From: Candidatus Latescibacterota bacterium
Lineage (GTDB): Bacteria; Latescibacterota; UBA2968; UBA8231
Length of the DNA stretch: 64,000 nucleotides
Direction: 5' to 3'
Assembly (NCBI GenBank): GCA_965200315.1
Contig: OZ241362.1
Location: 2,976,001-3,040,000 of the forward strand
Position numbers and translations under genes: made by a program. The notes under the pieces were generated by a model. The model was not told where the DNA came from. It worked only from the letters and a program-made list of their open reading frames with translations, and did no database searches. Of the stretch, positions 47,509 through 57,036 are shown piece after piece. Position 1 is the first letter of the stretch. Every line of letters starts with the position of its first letter.

Positions 47509-49205
47509 TCTGGTCTCATCCTCTCCCCATCTCCTCGGGCTGTGAGTCCGTCTTGGTAGTGGATCAGATAGAGACGATCTGCGGTCAGGTTCTGATAGTG
47601 CTGCACCAGCCCGGAAGGCCAGCGCACCTCCAAGCGGTCCACAAGGCGCGCCGTTCCCAGCCCGATGAAGAGGCGCGGGTCGTTTTGCCCCATAAACCCG
47701 TCGCCGCTGAATACTTGGCGATGCTGCTCGCGGCCCCCCGAGCGCACTAGGACATGGGCACCAATCCCGCGGCGATTTCCAGGCGGACCGTGCAGGTCTA
47801 ATCCGAGCCAGTGATGGATGCGGTCGCCGTCATTGCGCAGTAAGCTTGGTGGCGCGTCGAGATTGGCCACTACAATATCGGGATCGCCGTCGCCATCGAG
47901 GTCGCCATGGATTGCGCCGCGACTCACCTTCGCCAAGCCAAACCCAGAGCCAGCGCGCCCGCTGACTTCTGTAAATCTGCTGCCCCCGTCATTGCGGTAT
48001 AACTGGTTTGTCTGCGCGTAGAGTAACCCGCTACCGGCGTGGTCAATGGCAGGCATGAGGTGGCCGTTGGCGACGAATAGATCTAGGTCGGTGTCTCCGT
48101 CGCTGTCAAAAAAGAAAGTGGCCCACCCCATGAAAGGGCGGCTGCTGCCGGCTAGCCCTGCTTGGCCACTGATGTCGGTGAAAAATCCGGTGCCTGTATT
48201 CTCGTAGTACGTGTTGTGATCTTGGGAGAAATTGGTGACGAAGATGTCGCACAAGCCATCGCCGTCGCCGTCGCCAAGAGCTACCCCCATCCCAGCTTGA
48301 GATCGGCCATCACCGCTGAAGGCCGCTCCCGACGACGTGCCGACTTCAGCGAATTGCTCGCGACCGTCGTTGCGCAAGAGGGAATTGGCGTGTCCATCGT
48401 TGGACACGTACGCGTCGATATCGCCATCCGCGTCGATATCGCCCCAGGCGACCTGCATGCCATAACGGGGTGGGTCGTCAATCCCCGCAGCCGCGCTCAC
48501 GTCGCTAAAACGGCCGTTTCCGTCGTTGCGGAATAAGACATCTCTTTCTGCTTTGAAGCCGGCTGGACCGCAAGCGGCCTTTATTCCTCTGTGATTACAC
48601 CACTTGTCGTAAAATGGGGGGCCATTCAGCTTGAACTTGATGTAGTTTGCGACGTAGAGATCGAGATCGCCGTCGAGGTCGTAGTCGGCGAATGCCGCGC
48701 CGATGCCCCAGCGATTGTCATCGACGTTGGCGAGCGCAGCGACATCGGTGAAGCGCCCCCCGCCCTCGTTGCGGAGCAAGGCGTTGCGACCCCAGCGCGT
48801 GACGTAGAGATCGTCGTCCCCGTCGAGGTCGTAATCGGCCGGCACGGCCCCCATGCTCCATCCCTGCAAGCCAGCACCGCTACCCGCTGTTGCGTTGGCG
48901 AACTGCCCGCCATCGTTGCGAAATAGGGCGTTTGCCGGCGCTCCCTCTCCTTCGAGGTGAGAACCAATGGTAAAGTACAAATCGGGATCGCCGTCGAGAT
49001 CGTAGTCCCACGTACTTACTCCCGCGGCTTGGGTTTCAATTATGTACTTCTTCTCGGGAGAGCCAGAGACATTGGCAAAGTCAATACCCGACGGCACCTC
49101 GACGAATCGAGTCTCGGCTGCCGCTCTGGTGAGGATTGAGGCCAGCAGCAAAATCACCGCTACCGCATTTGCTCTACTGCCTTTGCAAAGCCTATCATTG
49201 GGCAT
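47505..49205 (-). CDS. CRTAC1/ASPIC-UnbV family FG-GAP protein
   Basis: DYDLDGD repeats, QAGMG, SRGA, C-terminal GA.V...GFMGQND...GLG...VRWPSG. Confidence 0.9.
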   Translation of the reverse strand: MPNDRLCKGSRANAVAVILLLASILTRAAAETRFVEVPSGIDFANVSGSPEKKYIIETQAAGVSTWDYDLDGDPDLYFTIGSHLEGEGAPANALFRNDGGQFANATAGSGAGLQGWSMGAVPADYDLDGDDDLYVTRWGRNALLRNEGGGRFTDVAALANVDDNRWGIGAAFADYDLDGDLDLYVANYIKFKLNGPPFYDKWCNHRGIKAACGPAGFKAERDVLFRNDGNGRFSDVSAAAGIDDPPRYGMQVAWGDIDADGDIDAYVSNDGHANSLLRNDGREQFAEVGTSSGAAFSGDGRSQAGMGVALGDGDGDGLCDIFVTNFSQDHNTYYENTGTGFFTDISGQAGLAGSSRPFMGWATFFFDSDGDTDLDLFVANGHLMPAIDHAGSGLLYAQTNQLYRNDGGSRFTEVSGRAGSGFGLAKVSRGAIHGDLDGDGDPDIVVANLDAPPSLLRNDGDRIHHWLGLDLHGPPGNRRGIGAHVLVRSGGREQHRQVFSGDGFMGQNDPRLFIGLGTARLVDRLEVRWPSGLVQHYQNLTADRLYLIHYQDGLTARGDGERMRPE

Positions 49206-49282
49206 CGCTTTTTCCTTGGTGTCGCCATAAAACAGCGATTATGGAGACTAAAAACCATCGCAAGTCAATCTGCAATGGCTGC
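49165..49282 (-). repeat. Duplicated promoter/5'-UTR/leader module (copy B)
   Basis: TTGACT-19-CATAAT, AAGGA RBS, MPNDRLCKGSRANA vs MANDRFSNGSRAHA in copy A. Confidence 0.75.
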
Positions 49283-49326
49283 CTCGTTTTTTGCAAACGG
49301 TGTGCATGGGGAAGATGATCCTCCTT

Positions 49327-49351
49327 GGATTCCCGCTTTCTCGGGAATGAC
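49327..49351. repeat. ATTCCC-N8-GGGAAT palindromic element (dRS3-like)
   Basis: ggattcccgctttctcgggaatgac in a divergent intergenic region. Confidence 0.6.
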
Positions 49352-49454
49352 AGAAGGGCTGGCCGTGCGTAATGTCAGTAATTCAGATGAAAAAGCCTTG
49401 GTTGTTCAACGTCGCCCGAAAGTGCATCGCTAGCTAGGGAGCATAGAAAACCAA

Positions 49455-50201
49455 ATGGACCCGCAACCCCTCAAGGGAAAAAACGCCATTGTCACTGGTG
49501 CCGCACGCGGCATAGGCCGCGCCATTGCCCAGCGCCTCGCCGCTGAGGGCGGTCGGGTGGCCATTCTCGATATCGACGCCGACGGCGCGCAACAGACGGC
49601 TGCTGAAATAGGCGGTTCGACCATTGGCCTTGCCGTCAATGTGGCCCAAGCCGCTTCCGTCGCCCGGGCCTTTGCCCAAGTTGCCGACCAGTTGGGCGTC
49701 CTCGACATCTTGGTGAACAACGCCGGCATTGTCGGCACGGACACGCCGGTCAAAGACTTGGCCGAAGACGACTGGGACCGCGTCCTCGACATCAATCTCA
49801 AGGGAACCTTTCTCTGCTCGCGGGCGGCCCTGCGCCACATGTTGCCGCAACACAGCGGGGTCATCTGCTCTATGGCCTCTATCTCCGGCAAAGAGGGCAA
49901 CGCCAATATGGCACCCTACTCTGTATCCAAGGCAGGCGTCATCTGCTTTACCAAGACGCTGGCCAAAGAGGTTTTGGACTGCGGCATCCGCGTCAATTGC
50001 GTAGCTCCGGCCCTGATTGACACGCCGATATTGCAGGGTATGGAGCAGGACCGCGTCGATTTCTTGACCGCCAAAATCCCCCTCGGCCGCTTGGGCCGCC
50101 CCGAAGAGGTGGCGGCGACCATTTTATTTTTAGTGTCCGACGAGTCGACATTTACCACGGGCCAGTGCTTTGACGTGAGCGGCGGCCGGGCGACCTATTG
50201 A
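49455..50201 (+). CDS. SDR family oxidoreductase (FabG-like)
   Basis: TGAARGIG, NNAG, YSVSK, RVNCVAP. Confidence 0.9.
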   Translation: MDPQPLKGKNAIVTGAARGIGRAIAQRLAAEGGRVAILDIDADGAQQTAAEIGGSTIGLAVNVAQAASVARAFAQVADQLGVLDILVNNAGIVGTDTPVKDLAEDDWDRVLDINLKGTFLCSRAALRHMLPQHSGVICSMASISGKEGNANMAPYSVSKAGVICFTKTLAKEVLDCGIRVNCVAPALIDTPILQGMEQDRVDFLTAKIPLGRLGRPEEVAATILFLVSDESTFTTGQCFDVSGGRATY

Positions 50202-50223
50202 ATGGAGGAAGGATTGCCGTTGC

Positions 50224-51000
50224 TCAGTTCCAATCGAGTGCTAAACCCGTTGTTAGGCTAAAGTCGCTTCCAGCCACTCCCTTGAGCGGATCGCTGTCGT
50301 GCTGGAATGCCACGGACGTAGTCGACGATAGTGCTTTGGTGATCGACACTTTAAAGACCATGTCCCACAAAACTCGATAGTCGTCGAATTGCCGCACCGC
50401 GGGCTGCACATAGGCCGTTCCCGCTAGCTGGGCTACTTCACTGAGCTTAATATCCGCCGACAAGTAGTTGCTCCAGCGGAAAAGAGAGGTTTGAGCCGCA
50501 TGGCTGTCTGCCGCGGTGAGTTCATTTTGTTCGTGCTCAAACATCAACGATGAGCCTAGCCAAAAAGACGATTCGCCCGGAGAGATGAGAGCCCAGCGGA
50601 TGCCGCCGCCGACAAGGCCGCGAAAATCCAAGCGCCGGGATTGGTCGTAATTAATTTGTCCGAAGGCTTCTCCGTGCAGCCGCGAGCCCAAGGCTCGGAC
50701 GTAGCGCAGATGCGCCAGCGCTTCATTGGAAAAACGCTCCTTACCCTCCCAGCCGAGGTCGCCTGAGCCGATAAAAATGAACGTGTCTTCGCCACGGCTG
50801 TAATTGAGGGAAAGCTCGGGACCGCATTCAAATAACTCGACATTGCCAGCCCGCAACGTCAGGTCAATCGCCACGGAACCGAAAAAACCCGCTTGATCGT
50901 CCTGGCGTAGGCTTTCGATATCGACTTGCGCCCACAGGGGATTCGCCAGCCAGACTAAAGCCGCTATCAAGAGGCAATAATGCTGGGTATTAAAGCGCAC
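50224..51000 (-). CDS. DUF481 family outer-membrane beta-barrel protein
   Basis: Signal peptide ending LWAQ, GNV, alternating beta strands, terminal W; start uncertain (GTG 51000 chosen). Confidence 0.65.
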   Translation of the reverse strand: MRFNTQHYCLLIAALVWLANPLWAQVDIESLRQDDQAGFFGSVAIDLTLRAGNVELFECGPELSLNYSRGEDTFIFIGSGDLGWEGKERFSNEALAHLRYVRALGSRLHGEAFGQINYDQSRRLDFRGLVGGGIRWALISPGESSFWLGSSLMFEHEQNELTAADSHAAQTSLFRWSNYLSADIKLSEVAQLAGTAYVQPAVRQFDDYRVLWDMVFKVSITKALSSTTSVAFQHDSDPLKGVAGSDFSLTTGLALDWN

Positions 51001-51116
51001 GCTATAAAGTGCCAGTTTGAGCAGACGCGATGGGGCGCTTGCGACCGGTGCGGCGATAGAATGCGGCGATAGAATGCGCAATTCTATCTCGCGATTGCGC
51101 GTCATCCGGCGGCTCC

Positions 51117-52292
51117 TCACGACAGCTCCCGCTCGGGATCGACGTCTGCCGAGTAGTCAATGCCCGCAAAGCCAAAACCGAAAAGCCCTAGAAACTCGGA
51201 TCGATAATTATCGATGTCGGACAGGGCTTCAAGATTGTCAGTATGGACCTGCTCCCACAGCGCAGCGACTTCCCGTTGCACGTCTTCGCGCATTTCGCGG
51301 TCGTCGATGCGGATGCGACCCTCGGCGTCAGTAGAGGCATCTGCATAGAGGCAATCGGCATAGAGGCGGTGCATCTGCTCGATGCAGTTTTCGTGGCAGC
51401 CCTTTTCCTTCATCACCTTGTACAGCAGCGAGATGTAGAGCGGCACGACGGGAATGGCAGCGCTCGATTGGGTCACCATAGCCTTGTTGACAGAGATATG
51501 GGCACTGCCGCTTCTGGCTTGCAGATGTTCGTCGAGGACCTTGGCCGTCTTTTCTAGATGATCCTTGGCTTGGCCGATGGTCCCGTCTCGGTAGACCGGA
51601 TGGGTAGTTTCAGGGCCGATGTAGGTATAAGCGATCGTGCGTACGCCGTCGGCGAGCACCCCCGCTTCGTCGAGGGCTTCGATCCATAGCTGCCAGTCTT
51701 CCCCGCCCATGACCGCGATGGTGTGGGCAATCTCTTCCTCGCTCGCCGGGTCGATGGCAATGTCGGAAACCTCGCCGGTTTGGACGTGGACGGTCTTGTT
51801 GGTATAGGTGCCGCCGATGGGCTTGAGGACGGAGCTGAAATTCTCGCCGGTGTGCGGATGCGTCCGCCGCGGCGATGCTAAGCTGTAAACGATTAAATCG
51901 ACTTTTTGCAGGTCCTCGCCGATGGCGGCGATGGTCGAGGTCTTGATCTCGTCGGAGAAAGCATCGCCGTTGATGCTGCGGGCGTAATAGCCGGCGTTGC
52001 GCGCAGCCTCGTGAAAGGCCGCGCTATTGTACCACCCAGCCGATGCCGTGCGGTTGCCGGCTGCTGGCCGCTCGAAGAAGACCCCAAGCGTGGCCGCACC
52101 TGCGCCAAAGCAGGTGGCAATGCGCGACGCCAGCCCGTAGCCGGTCGAAGCGCCGACCACGAGGACTTTCTTGGGGCCGTCGAAGGGAGATTGGCGTTTG
52201 ACCCAATCAATCTGGTCTTGGACGGCGCGGGCGCAGCCGTCGGGATGAGCCGTAGTGCAGATAAAGCCGCGAACTTTGGGTTGGATGATCAT
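51117..52292 (-). CDS. fabV: Enoyl-ACP/trans-2-enoyl-CoA reductase FabV
   Basis: MIIQPKVRGFICTTAHP, GASTGYGLASR, YSLASPRR, VMGGEDW, FGFG. Confidence 0.95.
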   Translation of the reverse strand: MIIQPKVRGFICTTAHPDGCARAVQDQIDWVKRQSPFDGPKKVLVVGASTGYGLASRIATCFGAGAATLGVFFERPAAGNRTASAGWYNSAAFHEAARNAGYYARSINGDAFSDEIKTSTIAAIGEDLQKVDLIVYSLASPRRTHPHTGENFSSVLKPIGGTYTNKTVHVQTGEVSDIAIDPASEEEIAHTIAVMGGEDWQLWIEALDEAGVLADGVRTIAYTYIGPETTHPVYRDGTIGQAKDHLEKTAKVLDEHLQARSGSAHISVNKAMVTQSSAAIPVVPLYISLLYKVMKEKGCHENCIEQMHRLYADCLYADASTDAEGRIRIDDREMREDVQREVAALWEQVHTDNLEALSDIDNYRSEFLGLFGFGFAGIDYSADVDPERELS

Positions 52293-52612
52293 GGAATTCC
52301 TTTGGGTTAGGCTGGTTATTGACTGACGTTAGGCAGCCGCTCTGTAGGGGTGCGCCCTAGCGATTCAGAGGCATCCGACTGCGTAACGTTAGTTATTGAA
52401 TAATGGCTCGCGCTGTGGTCGGGCGCAAATGATCCGTTTGGCTGCCCTGTTTCGGCGAAATCGTTATACTTGCAGGGCAGAAGCCATCTCACAAATGCCA
52501 CCGGATTCCTAAGGCAGCCCTACGCTTATTAAACAACGGACGACCCCAAGGGTCGCCTACATAACGGGGACAACTGCCGCTGCCAAACTCAGCCATTGCA
52601 AAGAAGGCAAAC

Positions 52613-53371
52613 ATGAATATAGGGCGGCTCGGTCTTTTGCTCGTGCCACAGGTGCTTTGCGCGGCCCCAAGTGCGGGGCAAGACACAGTGCCTGCGGCGC
52701 AGGCGCTATTGGAACAATTCGATGAGCTATACCGCTCTACGGGCACTGCGGCGCGGATGGAGATTAAAATTGAGCGCCCGAACAAGGTGCGGACGATGCG
52801 GATGCGCTCTTGGAGCCAAGGCGAAGACAAAGTACTGGTGGTCATTGACGCGCCCGCCCGCGACGCCGGCACGGCCACGCTGCGGGTCGGCAGCAATCTG
52901 TGGAACTACCTGCCCAAGATCGCGCGCACGATCCGCGTACCCCCGGCGCTGATGATGGGTGCGTGGATGGGCAGCGACCTGACCAACGACGACTTGGTGC
53001 GCGAGGCGTCCTACGCCCACGACTACGAGATTACAGGGGGCGGCCCCAGCGAAGAGCCGCCCGGCTGGCAGGTAGGGCTCACGGCCAAGCCCGAGGTGCC
53101 GGGTTTGTGGGAGCGGGTGGAGGTCGTCTTTGGGCGTGCAGAACAGTTACCTGTACTCGTGCGCTACTACGACCGCAAGGGACGGCTCTCGCGCACGATG
53201 CAGCTCGAAGAGATCAAAAAGATGGGGGAGCGGCGAATCCCCACCCGGATTGTGATTGTGCCCGAGCGCGAGGAAGGTCGGCGCACGGTATTGACCTATT
53301 TACACGTGGAATTCGACGTCGAGCTGGACGAGAGCCTCTTTAGCTTGGCGCAGTTGGAGCGCAGGCGCTAG
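52613..53371 (+). CDS. Outer-membrane lipoprotein-sorting protein (LolA-like)
   Basis: PARDAGTATL, LWNYLP, MMGAWMGSDLTNDDL. Confidence 0.85.
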   Translation: MNIGRLGLLLVPQVLCAAPSAGQDTVPAAQALLEQFDELYRSTGTAARMEIKIERPNKVRTMRMRSWSQGEDKVLVVIDAPARDAGTATLRVGSNLWNYLPKIARTIRVPPALMMGAWMGSDLTNDDLVREASYAHDYEITGGGPSEEPPGWQVGLTAKPEVPGLWERVEVVFGRAEQLPVLVRYYDRKGRLSRTMQLEEIKKMGERRIPTRIVIVPEREEGRRTVLTYLHVEFDVELDESLFSLAQLERRR

Positions 53372-54610
53372 ATGGCCGCCAACAGCACCTTGCGCCTAGC
53401 TTGGCGCGGCTTGGGCCGCAATCGCAAGCGCGCGGCCTTGGCGATAGCGGCGATTGGGCTGGGGCAGTTTGCCTTTTTGGCCACGGCCGGAATCATGCGA
53501 GGCTATGCCGATCACTACTTCGATTCGGTGACCGGCCCTTTGGTGGGGCACGTGCAGATCGTGGCGCCGGGTTGGCGCGAGGAGCGAGCCGTCGATCAGA
53601 CGCTGGACAACGCTGAGGCCATGCTGGCGGCGATTCGCGGGCAGTCCCATGTGGCGCGGGCCGTGCCGAGGATTTACGCGCCGATATTGGCCGCGCTGGA
53701 AGAGGAAGGTTTTGTGGGGATGGTTGTAGGTGTCGATCCGGCACTAGAAGGGGTTGCGGACGGCCTGTTGGGCAGCGAAGAGCTGGCCGGCCTGTTGGGA
53801 GACGGCCGAGTGCTGGTGGGGAAAGGTTTGGCGCAGCAGCACGGCATTGAGGCCGGTGCCGAACTGGCCGTGGTAGGCCAAGACCTTGATGGCTCCATTG
53901 CCAGTGCGCTATACGAGGTAGCGGCGGTTGTCGAATCGCCGGTCGAGCTCGTCAACAGTACCGGCATCGTCGCTGAGCTACAAGACGTGCGGGCACTCCT
54001 GAGAATGGATGACGAAGCGCACGAGATTGCCGTCCGCTTGCACGAGGCCGAGCAGATAGATCAGGCCGCCGCCGCGCTCGGTGCGCAGCCAGCACTGCAA
54101 GGGGCAGAAATCAAGCGCTGGCACGAGGTCATACCGCAGCTAGCCGGGATCATCAAGATGATGGACATATATTCGCTCGTGGTTTTGGGGATCGTCTGCT
54201 TGGCGTCCATAGCCGGCATTGCCAATACCATGATGATGTCCACGTTTGAGCGCCGCCGCGAGTTGGGGATGTTGTTGGCACTGGGCGCGAATCCGGGCCG
54301 GCTCTTGAGGATGGTGGCGACCGAGGCCGTGCTGTTGGGTGCGTTGGGCGCGTTGCTGGGGACTGCGCTGGGCACATGTTTTGCGGAATTGACGGCTGGA
54401 TCGGGCTTTGACCTCGCCGAGTTGGGCGGCGAGGAGTCCTTTGAAATGGGGTTCCAAGGCGTCCAGATAGCCTCGCGGGTCTATCCCGAGGTGCGTGTAG
54501 GTGATGTATTGGCCGGCGTGTCGGCCGTGCTGGTGACGGCCCTTGCCGCCTGCGTCTGGCCGCTTTTGCACGTTGCGCGGCTGGAGCCGGTGGAGGCGAT
54601 GCGGACGTGA
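53372..54610 (+). CDS. FtsX/LolE/MacB-type ABC permease
   Basis: LAWRGLGRNRKR, FERRRELGMLLALG, PVEAMR. Confidence 0.88.
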   Translation: MAANSTLRLAWRGLGRNRKRAALAIAAIGLGQFAFLATAGIMRGYADHYFDSVTGPLVGHVQIVAPGWREERAVDQTLDNAEAMLAAIRGQSHVARAVPRIYAPILAALEEEGFVGMVVGVDPALEGVADGLLGSEELAGLLGDGRVLVGKGLAQQHGIEAGAELAVVGQDLDGSIASALYEVAAVVESPVELVNSTGIVAELQDVRALLRMDDEAHEIAVRLHEAEQIDQAAAALGAQPALQGAEIKRWHEVIPQLAGIIKMMDIYSLVVLGIVCLASIAGIANTMMMSTFERRRELGMLLALGANPGRLLRMVATEAVLLGALGALLGTALGTCFAELTAGSGFDLAELGGEESFEMGFQGVQIASRVYPEVRVGDVLAGVSAVLVTALAACVWPLLHVARLEPVEAMRT

Positions 54611-55869
54611 CTTCGGCAAGCTCAGTCGAGTCGAGTGGGAGTCTAGTGCTCCAATACGCCTTGCGCTCGCTGGGGCGCAGTCGCCGCCGGACGGGCCTGT
54701 CCATCCTCGGAGTGGGGCTAGGGTGTGCCATTGCGCTCTTTGCCACGGCCTTTATGCGCGGCGGCCAAACCATGCGGGTGCAGGCCATTTCCCAGAGCGG
54801 GTACGGCCACCTGCGGATCGCGCCCGCAGGCTGGGAGCAGAGCCGACGCGACGAGCTGCGCTTGCAGGATTCAGCGGCCGCGCTCGAAGCTGTGCGCGGC
54901 CTCGAAGGCGTAGCCGTAGTGGCCGCCCATGTGCGAGTGCAGGGCCTGTTGGCTTTTGGTACGCGGGTGGCCGGCGTCCAGCTTTTGGGCGTGGACCCAG
55001 CCGCTGAGCCGCGGCTCAACAGATTGGTGCGCACCATCGACGAGGGGCGTTACCTGCAAGCAGGCGACGAGGGCGCAGTGGTCGTCGGCAAGGCCCTTGT
55101 CGAGCGTTTGGACGTAGAATTGGGAGATGATCTGCTGTTGACGCTGACGCGCGCCGACGGGGAGATGGAGTACGCGATGTTGCGGATCGTCGGAATCGTA
55201 TCTACCGGCAGCCGCACGATCGACGAGACCATCTGCCACGCGATGCTCGCCGATGTCGAGAAGATGACGGGCCTGAAGGGTGTAGCCGAGGTGTCGGTAG
55301 CCTTCGCGGACCCGCAACAGGTGGCTGCGCTCTCAGCCGAGCTGGCGCAGCGAGTGCAAGGCGACGAAGTGCTCACGTGGCGCGAGGTGCTGCCGGCGAT
55401 GGGCGGTGATGAGGCGGCCGACCAGGCCTTTTCCAACTTTTTTATTGTAATCGTGGCCGCGGTGGTAATTTTAGGCGTGGCGAGTGCCCAACTGACGGCC
55501 ATGCTGGAAAGGAGGCGCGAGTTTGCGGTGCTGATGGCACTGGGACTCGGAGAATTCAAGCTCGTGAGCTTGGTACTTTTCGAGGCCGTATTCATGGGTG
55601 CGCTCGGTGCGCTCTTGGGCCTGTTGCTGGCGTTGCCGCTCGTTTGGCACACGGCGACTGCGGGGATTGATTTTTCCGCGGCGATGGGCGACGATATGAC
55701 GGTCATGGGGGTCTTCTTCGACCCGGTAATCTACTCGGACATGGGGCTGTGGATGCTGCCCTACGCCTTCGGCTTGGGGCTTTGTGCGACGCTTTTGGCC
55801 GCACTGTATCCGGCTTGGTCTGCCACGCGCTTGGATCCAGCGGCGGCCCTGAGCCAGCGGGATGCGTGA
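54607..55869 (+). CDS. FtsX/LolE/MacB-type ABC permease
   Basis: ALRSLGRSRRR, LERRREFAVLMALG, LYPAW..TRLDPAAAL. Confidence 0.88.
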   Translation: MTSASSVESSGSLVLQYALRSLGRSRRRTGLSILGVGLGCAIALFATAFMRGGQTMRVQAISQSGYGHLRIAPAGWEQSRRDELRLQDSAAALEAVRGLEGVAVVAAHVRVQGLLAFGTRVAGVQLLGVDPAAEPRLNRLVRTIDEGRYLQAGDEGAVVVGKALVERLDVELGDDLLLTLTRADGEMEYAMLRIVGIVSTGSRTIDETICHAMLADVEKMTGLKGVAEVSVAFADPQQVAALSAELAQRVQGDEVLTWREVLPAMGGDEAADQAFSNFFIVIVAAVVILGVASAQLTAMLERRREFAVLMALGLGEFKLVSLVLFEAVFMGALGALLGLLLALPLVWHTATAGIDFSAAMGDDMTVMGVFFDPVIYSDMGLWMLPYAFGLGLCATLLAALYPAWSATRLDPAAALSQRDA

Positions 55870-56333
55870 TATAGCAATCCTAGGTGAACGCAGATGGACG
55901 CTGAATAGTATGCACAAGACGGTCTACCGCTTGAATCGTTCAAATTATTCCGGATTGCTGGATTGCTATAGCCATCCTACCTCATTCGTGCGATGCGGCG
56001 CATCGCGGGGTGCGCGGGCGTCTCGCCCGCAGGCTGGCCCCCCAAGGACGTACGCATGGACCACCAAGCACCGGCCGGTGCCAAAACGACGAGAGCACAA
56101 CCCGGCAAGCACCACAAGTCGTGTAGGATGGCTATATAGCGGCCATCAGAAGCACTTTTACCGCGCCCGGCGGGCGGCAGGGCGTCGCGTCGCTTGGGAG
56201 TGTGGCGTATTTCGAGGGCAGGATGCCCTCGATCCCGGGGGGGTTGCGCCGGGGGCTCGACCGAACCGGGTGCGCTCCGGTGCGCCGCGTCCGTCGTGTA
56301 GGATTGCTATATGAATGATGTAGGATGGCTATA
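55870..56333. mobile_element. Stacked/nested TA(TA)-flanked MITE-like elements inserted in the ABC operon
   Basis: Element 1 (55870-55970) has 11-bp TIRs tatagcaatcc/ggattgctata; element 2 (55967-56333) has 21-bp TIRs with 1 mismatch, two extra internal right ends and two REP-like hairpins. Confidence 0.7.
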
Positions 56334-56334
56334 T

Positions 56335-57036
56335 ATGGATAAAGTGCTAATAGCCGCTCAAGGCGTGAAGAAGGTCTTTCGGGCGGGCGATATTGCCGTA
56401 GAGGCCCTGCGCGGAATAGACCTCGAAATCGGCAGCGGGGAGTTCATGGCCATCGTCGGGCCGAGCGGCAGCGGCAAGACGACGCTACTCAACCTAATCG
56501 GTGCCCTCGACGTGCCCACCGGCGGGTGCATTGCGCTCCTTGGCCGCGACTTGGGGCTGCTGAGCCGTAGCGAGCGGGCCGAGCTGCGGCTCCGATCTTT
56601 GGGCTTTGTGTTCCAGGCCTACAACTTGGTGCCGGTGTTGACGGCGCGCGAAAACGTGGAGTTCGTGCTAGAGTTGCAGGGCATGGATCCAAAAAAGCGG
56701 CGTGTGCGAGCCGAGGAGACGCTAACTGAATTGGGGCTAGGCGAGCTCGCCCACCGGCGGCCCAGCCAGATGTCGGGTGGCCAGCAGCAACGGGTGGCTG
56801 TGGCGCGGGCCGTGGCCTCGCGGCCGGGCTTGGTGCTCGCCGACGAGCCGACGGCCAACCTCGACAGCGACAACGCGCAGGCTCTTTTGCAGATGATGCG
56901 GCGGCTCCGCGACGAGATGGGTATGACCTTTGTCTTTTCGACGCACGACCCTTTGGTGGTTTCGTATGCCTCGCGGGTGGTTACTTTGCGCGATGGCGAG
57001 GTGCTAAGCGACGAGCGCAAGAGTGCATGCGGCTGA
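56335..57036 (+). CDS. ABC ATP-binding protein (LolD/MacB-like)
   Basis: GPSGSGKTT, MSGGQQQR, LADEPT, STHD. Confidence 0.9.
   Translation: MDKVLIAAQGVKKVFRAGDIAVEALRGIDLEIGSGEFMAIVGPSGSGKTTLLNLIGALDVPTGGCIALLGRDLGLLSRSERAELRLRSLGFVFQAYNLVPVLTARENVEFVLELQGMDPKKRRVRAEETLTELGLGELAHRRPSQMSGGQQQRVAVARAVASRPGLVLADEPTANLDSDNAQALLQMMRRLRDEMGMTFVFSTHDPLVVSYASRVVTLRDGEVLSDERKSACG

Noticed and set aside
51049-51093. 13-bp tandem repeat plus gatagaat/attctatc hairpin after fabV as a terminator
   Set aside because: No U-tract and a single occurrence; function unsupported
52311-52612. Riboswitch or ncRNA in the fabV-lolA-like intergenic region
   Set aside because: Only degenerate GTAG/CTAC REP-like hairpins seen; no recognisable RNA family
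55862-56314. 150-aa ORF between permease and ATPase
   Set aside because: Runs through repeat DNA and has no protein-like composition
55870-56333. GTAGGATGGCTATA copies as a degenerate mini-CRISPR array for the orphan Cmr complex
   Set aside because: Copies are short, in both orientations and irregularly spaced; terminal inverted repeats explain them better
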